Source: an uncultured cyanobacterium (lineage in GTDB: Bacteria; Cyanobacteriota; Cyanobacteriia; Cyanobacteriales; CAWCAG01). From it: a stretch of DNA of 64,000 bases. Below the pieces are notes generated by a model. It did not search any database, was not told where the DNA came from, and saw only the letters and a list, made by a program, of their open reading frames with translations. Position 1 is the first letter of the stretch. Every line of letters starts with the position of its first letter. The position numbers were made by a program, and so were the translations under genes. Shown here piece by piece: positions 61,500 through 64,000 of the stretch. The stretch is from contig CAWCAG010000009.1 of assembly GCA_963793425.1 (NCBI GenBank), positions 64,001 to 128,000 on the forward strand. Direction: 5' to 3'.

Positions 61500-62519
61500 T
61501 CAAATCAACACCTCACCTTTGCCAGAAACTACTTTGCCAATTTGATTGGCTTTTATATTCTGGGAATTAAACCAATCAACAGTAGACTTGGCTTCTGGTT
61601 GAGGAACAATTAAGACAAAACCAATACCCATATTGAAAGTATTAAACATATCAGCAGGACTCACTTGTCCGGTTTCTGCTAGCCAATCAAAAATAGGTAG
61701 AACTTTCCAACTATCCACATCAAGCTGTACAGATTGACCCTCATTTAAACAGCGAGGTAAGTTTTCTGGTAAACCGCCTCCGGTTATGTGAGCCATGCCG
61801 CGAATATTCATACCTGCTTTCAGGGCTGCAACTAACGGCTTGACGTAGATTTGAGTTGGCTTCAGCAGCACTTCTCCTAAACTTTTCCCTCCTAATTCTT
61901 GGGGACAAACATCCCACGTCAAACCTTTTGTTGCCACAATTTTTCTCACTAAACTGAAGCCATTACTATGAACTCCTTGGCTAGCCAAACCAATAACAAC
62001 ATCTCCTCGTTCAATTTGGTCACCCGTTAGAAGTTCTTCTTTTTCCACAATTCCGACACAAAAGCCTGCTAAATCATATTCTCCTAATTGATAAAAACCA
62101 GGCATCTCTGCGGTTTCCCCACCCAACAAAGCACAACCACTTTGTCGGCAACCTTGGGCAATACCCGCCACCACCTCAGTTAACTGTTTTGGTTCCAGCT
62201 TTCCTGTAGCAACATAGTCCAAGAAAAATAACGGCTCTGCCCCAGAAGTTAAAATATCGTTGACACACATAGCTACAAGGTCTATACCTACCGTGTCATG
62301 GCGATTAAGCTCGTGAGCTAATTTCAGCTTTGTTCCGACACCATCTGTTCCTGAAACTAGGACGGGTTGTTTATAGCCTGGGGGAATTTCAAAGCAACCG
62401 CCGAATCCTCCTAATCCCCCCAAAACTCCCTGTCTATAAGTACTTTCAACCAAGCTTTTGATTTGTCCCACAAAAGCTCGCCCTGCTTCAATATCTACAC
62501 CTGCTTGAAGATAATCCAT
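61500..62519 (-). CDS. purM: Phosphoribosylformylglycinamidine cyclo-ligase
   Basis: [52 protein letters not shown]. Confidence 0.97.
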   Translation of the reverse strand: MDYLQAGVDIEAGRAFVGQIKSLVESTYRQGVLGGLGGFGGCFEIPPGYKQPVLVSGTDGVGTKLKLAHELNRHDTVGIDLVAMCVNDILTSGAEPLFFLDYVATGKLEPKQLTEVVAGIAQGCRQSGCALLGGETAEMPGFYQLGEYDLAGFCVGIVEKEELLTGDQIERGDVVIGLASQGVHSNGFSLVRKIVATKGLTWDVCPQELGGKSLGEVLLKPTQIYVKPLVAALKAGMNIRGMAHITGGGLPENLPRCLNEGQSVQLDVDSWKVLPIFDWLAETGQVSPADMFNTFNMGIGFVLIVPQPEAKSTVDWFNSQNIKANQIGKVVSGKGEVLI

Positions 62520-62852
62520 GTTCCTTGTTGAGATCAGTTAGGGAACAATTATATGAGTTGTGGGTGAGAGATTATGATTCCTAATCATTAAATTGCCAAG
62601 TTCCAACAGTTAAATTTATCTTTGTGGGGCAATCTTATTAGATTTAGTTAATTTCTTAATGAAGAAAAGTAAAGTTTTGAAGTCTGTAATCTCCCATCAT
62701 AGCTTTATTTCATCTTCATTTACCTCATTTCCAGTAAGTATTAATTCGTAGATTTAGCTGATTCCGAAATAAAAAACTTCGTGTTAGTCTGTTCCAGGTT
62801 GAACAAGTACAAATTAACAAAGTAGTTTTCGAACCCATTTACTGAGGGGAAT

Positions 62853-63482
62853 ATGAACATAAAAACTTGGACTAGCTTTTCGGCTGTATTACTAACAACT
62901 GTTTCTGGCGCGGCAGTACCTGTTTTAGCCGAAACAGTACAAGAAACAACCAGGGCAGTTAATCCAGAAGTATTAGCCCCCGCAGAAGCTGATGAGCTTG
63001 TCTTAGCTGAAATAGTTGAAGAAACAGCTAAGGGCGTAAATTCAGAAGCTGTAGCTTCGGCAGAGTTGCCCCCCACAGAAACTGATGAACTTCTAGAAAT
63101 TGCCCTAGAAGTTGCTCCAGAAGCAGTTTTACCTCCACTTCCTTCCGAGATGCCTGAAATTCCGGAGGTAGACGTAGAAAAAGTTATCTCGCGGGCTACG
63201 GGCATGGCTTCCTGGTATGGTCCCGGATTTCATGGCCGTCGTACAGCTAACGGTGAAAGATTTAATCAAAATGCTATGACTGCGGCCCATCGCAGCTTAC
63301 CTTTTAACACCAGAGTGAGAGTTACTAACAAAAACAACGGTCGTTCTCTTGTTTTACGGATTAATGATCGTGGCCCTTTTATTCGCGGCAGAATTATTGA
63401 TGTTTCCGTTGGTGCAGCTAAGCAGTTAGGTATGTATAGCTCTGGAGTCGCCCCAGTTAAGGTAGAAGTTTTAGACGACTAA
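62853..63482 (+). CDS. rlpA: Septal ring lytic transglycosylase RlpA family
   Basis: GMASWYGPGFHGR.TANGE, TAAHRSLPF, RINDRGP, IIDVS. Confidence 0.92.
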   Translation: MNIKTWTSFSAVLLTTVSGAAVPVLAETVQETTRAVNPEVLAPAEADELVLAEIVEETAKGVNSEAVASAELPPTETDELLEIALEVAPEAVLPPLPSEMPEIPEVDVEKVISRATGMASWYGPGFHGRRTANGERFNQNAMTAAHRSLPFNTRVRVTNKNNGRSLVLRINDRGPFIRGRIIDVSVGAAKQLGMYSSGVAPVKVEVLDD

Positions 63483-63556
63483 TTTCAATTGCGCTCCTTT
63501 GTCTTGTGGTAATTCCCTCTAATATTTGATTAGGATCAAAAACTGAAGGGAATTAG

Positions 63557-64000
63557 ATGCGGATCTTAAATACAATTGCTGGTTTAAACACCTATAAAAA
63601 AACTCTGCCACCAGGAAAGAAAATTGCTTTAGTTGCGACAATGGGAGCGTTGCATCCTGGCCACACAAGCTTGATTAAATTGGCTAGGGAAGACGGGGAG
63701 TTAGTAATTGTTAGCATTTTTATTAACCCTTTGCAATTTTCACCTACAGAAGATTTGCAACGTTATCCGCAAACTTTTGATGCAGACTGTCAATTATGCG
63801 AACAATTAGGGGTTGATGTAGTTTTTGCTCCCACTCCAACAGCGATGGGTTTGGAGCAGTTAAAAAACCCCAAGTCCCATAGCCAGATGACTATGGTAGT
63901 TCCCCCAGCAGAGATGATTTCTGTTTTGTGTGGCTTATCTAGAGCGAAACATTTTCAAGGGGTAGCTACTATAGTTACTAAGTTACTTAATATCGTAGAG
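63557..64000 (+). CDS. panC: Pantoate-beta-alanine ligase, 5' part (runs off the window; often PanC-Cmk in cyanobacteria)
   Basis: MRILNTIAGL..ATMGALHPGH.SLI, VSIFINPLQF.P.ED...YP, R..HFQGVATIVTKL. Confidence 0.93.
   Translation, partial: MRILNTIAGLNTYKKTLPPGKKIALVATMGALHPGHTSLIKLAREDGELVIVSIFINPLQFSPTEDLQRYPQTFDADCQLCEQLGVDVVFAPTPTAMGLEQLKNPKSHSQMTMVVPPAEMISVLCGLSRAKHFQGVATIVTKLLNIVE

Noticed and set aside
152..63205. Many short antisense or alternate-frame ORFs in the track (e.g. 5019-5303, 17064-17429, 41571-41957, 62741-63205)
   Set aside because: They lie on top of well-supported genes and show no motifs; treated as shadow ORFs
1..64000. CRISPR array, integrase, transposase or prophage
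   Set aside because: No regularly spaced repeat-spacer array and no recombinase, transposase or phage ORF recognised; no duplicated tRNA 3' ends (att sites) noticed near the three tRNAs

Overview
Cyanobacterial chromosomal window. Evidence: roughly 30 HIP1 GCGATCGC sites counted by eye, a Psb35-like gene, Uma2 paralogs, CHASE2 and Npun_R2479-type genes. The housekeeping backbone (rplI, ilvE, recQ, msrA, hemW, ruvX, coaE, map, amiC, glgB, ilvB, purM, rlpA, panC; tRNA-Leu(GAG), tRNA-Asn(GTT), tRNA-Cys(GCA)) is interrupted by five accessory patches. (i) 5.7-9.0 kb: a mosaic of broken genes (MITE-truncated AraC, RDD/CAP fragments, DsbA pseudogene). (ii) 10.1-12.4 kb: a proteobacterial-type glpD, a second MITE copy and a DUF433/DUF5615 TA pair whose first catalytic Asp is Asn. 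(iii) 28-36 kb: a Shedu nuclease 3 bp behind a diverged duplicate of the trkH 3' end, and a HK + REC-TPR + split TrkA + TrkH operon. (iv) 37-44.6 kb: a general-stress cluster. (v) 55.5-58.5 kb: a type I CBASS system (CapV-like patatin plus a DncV-like CD-NTase fused to an AGS-C domain) followed by a small LMW phosphatase. A CHASE2 protein also has no enzymatic output domain; its tail is an array of about 8 short amphipathic repeats. All product calls come from motif recognition by eye; no database searches were run.
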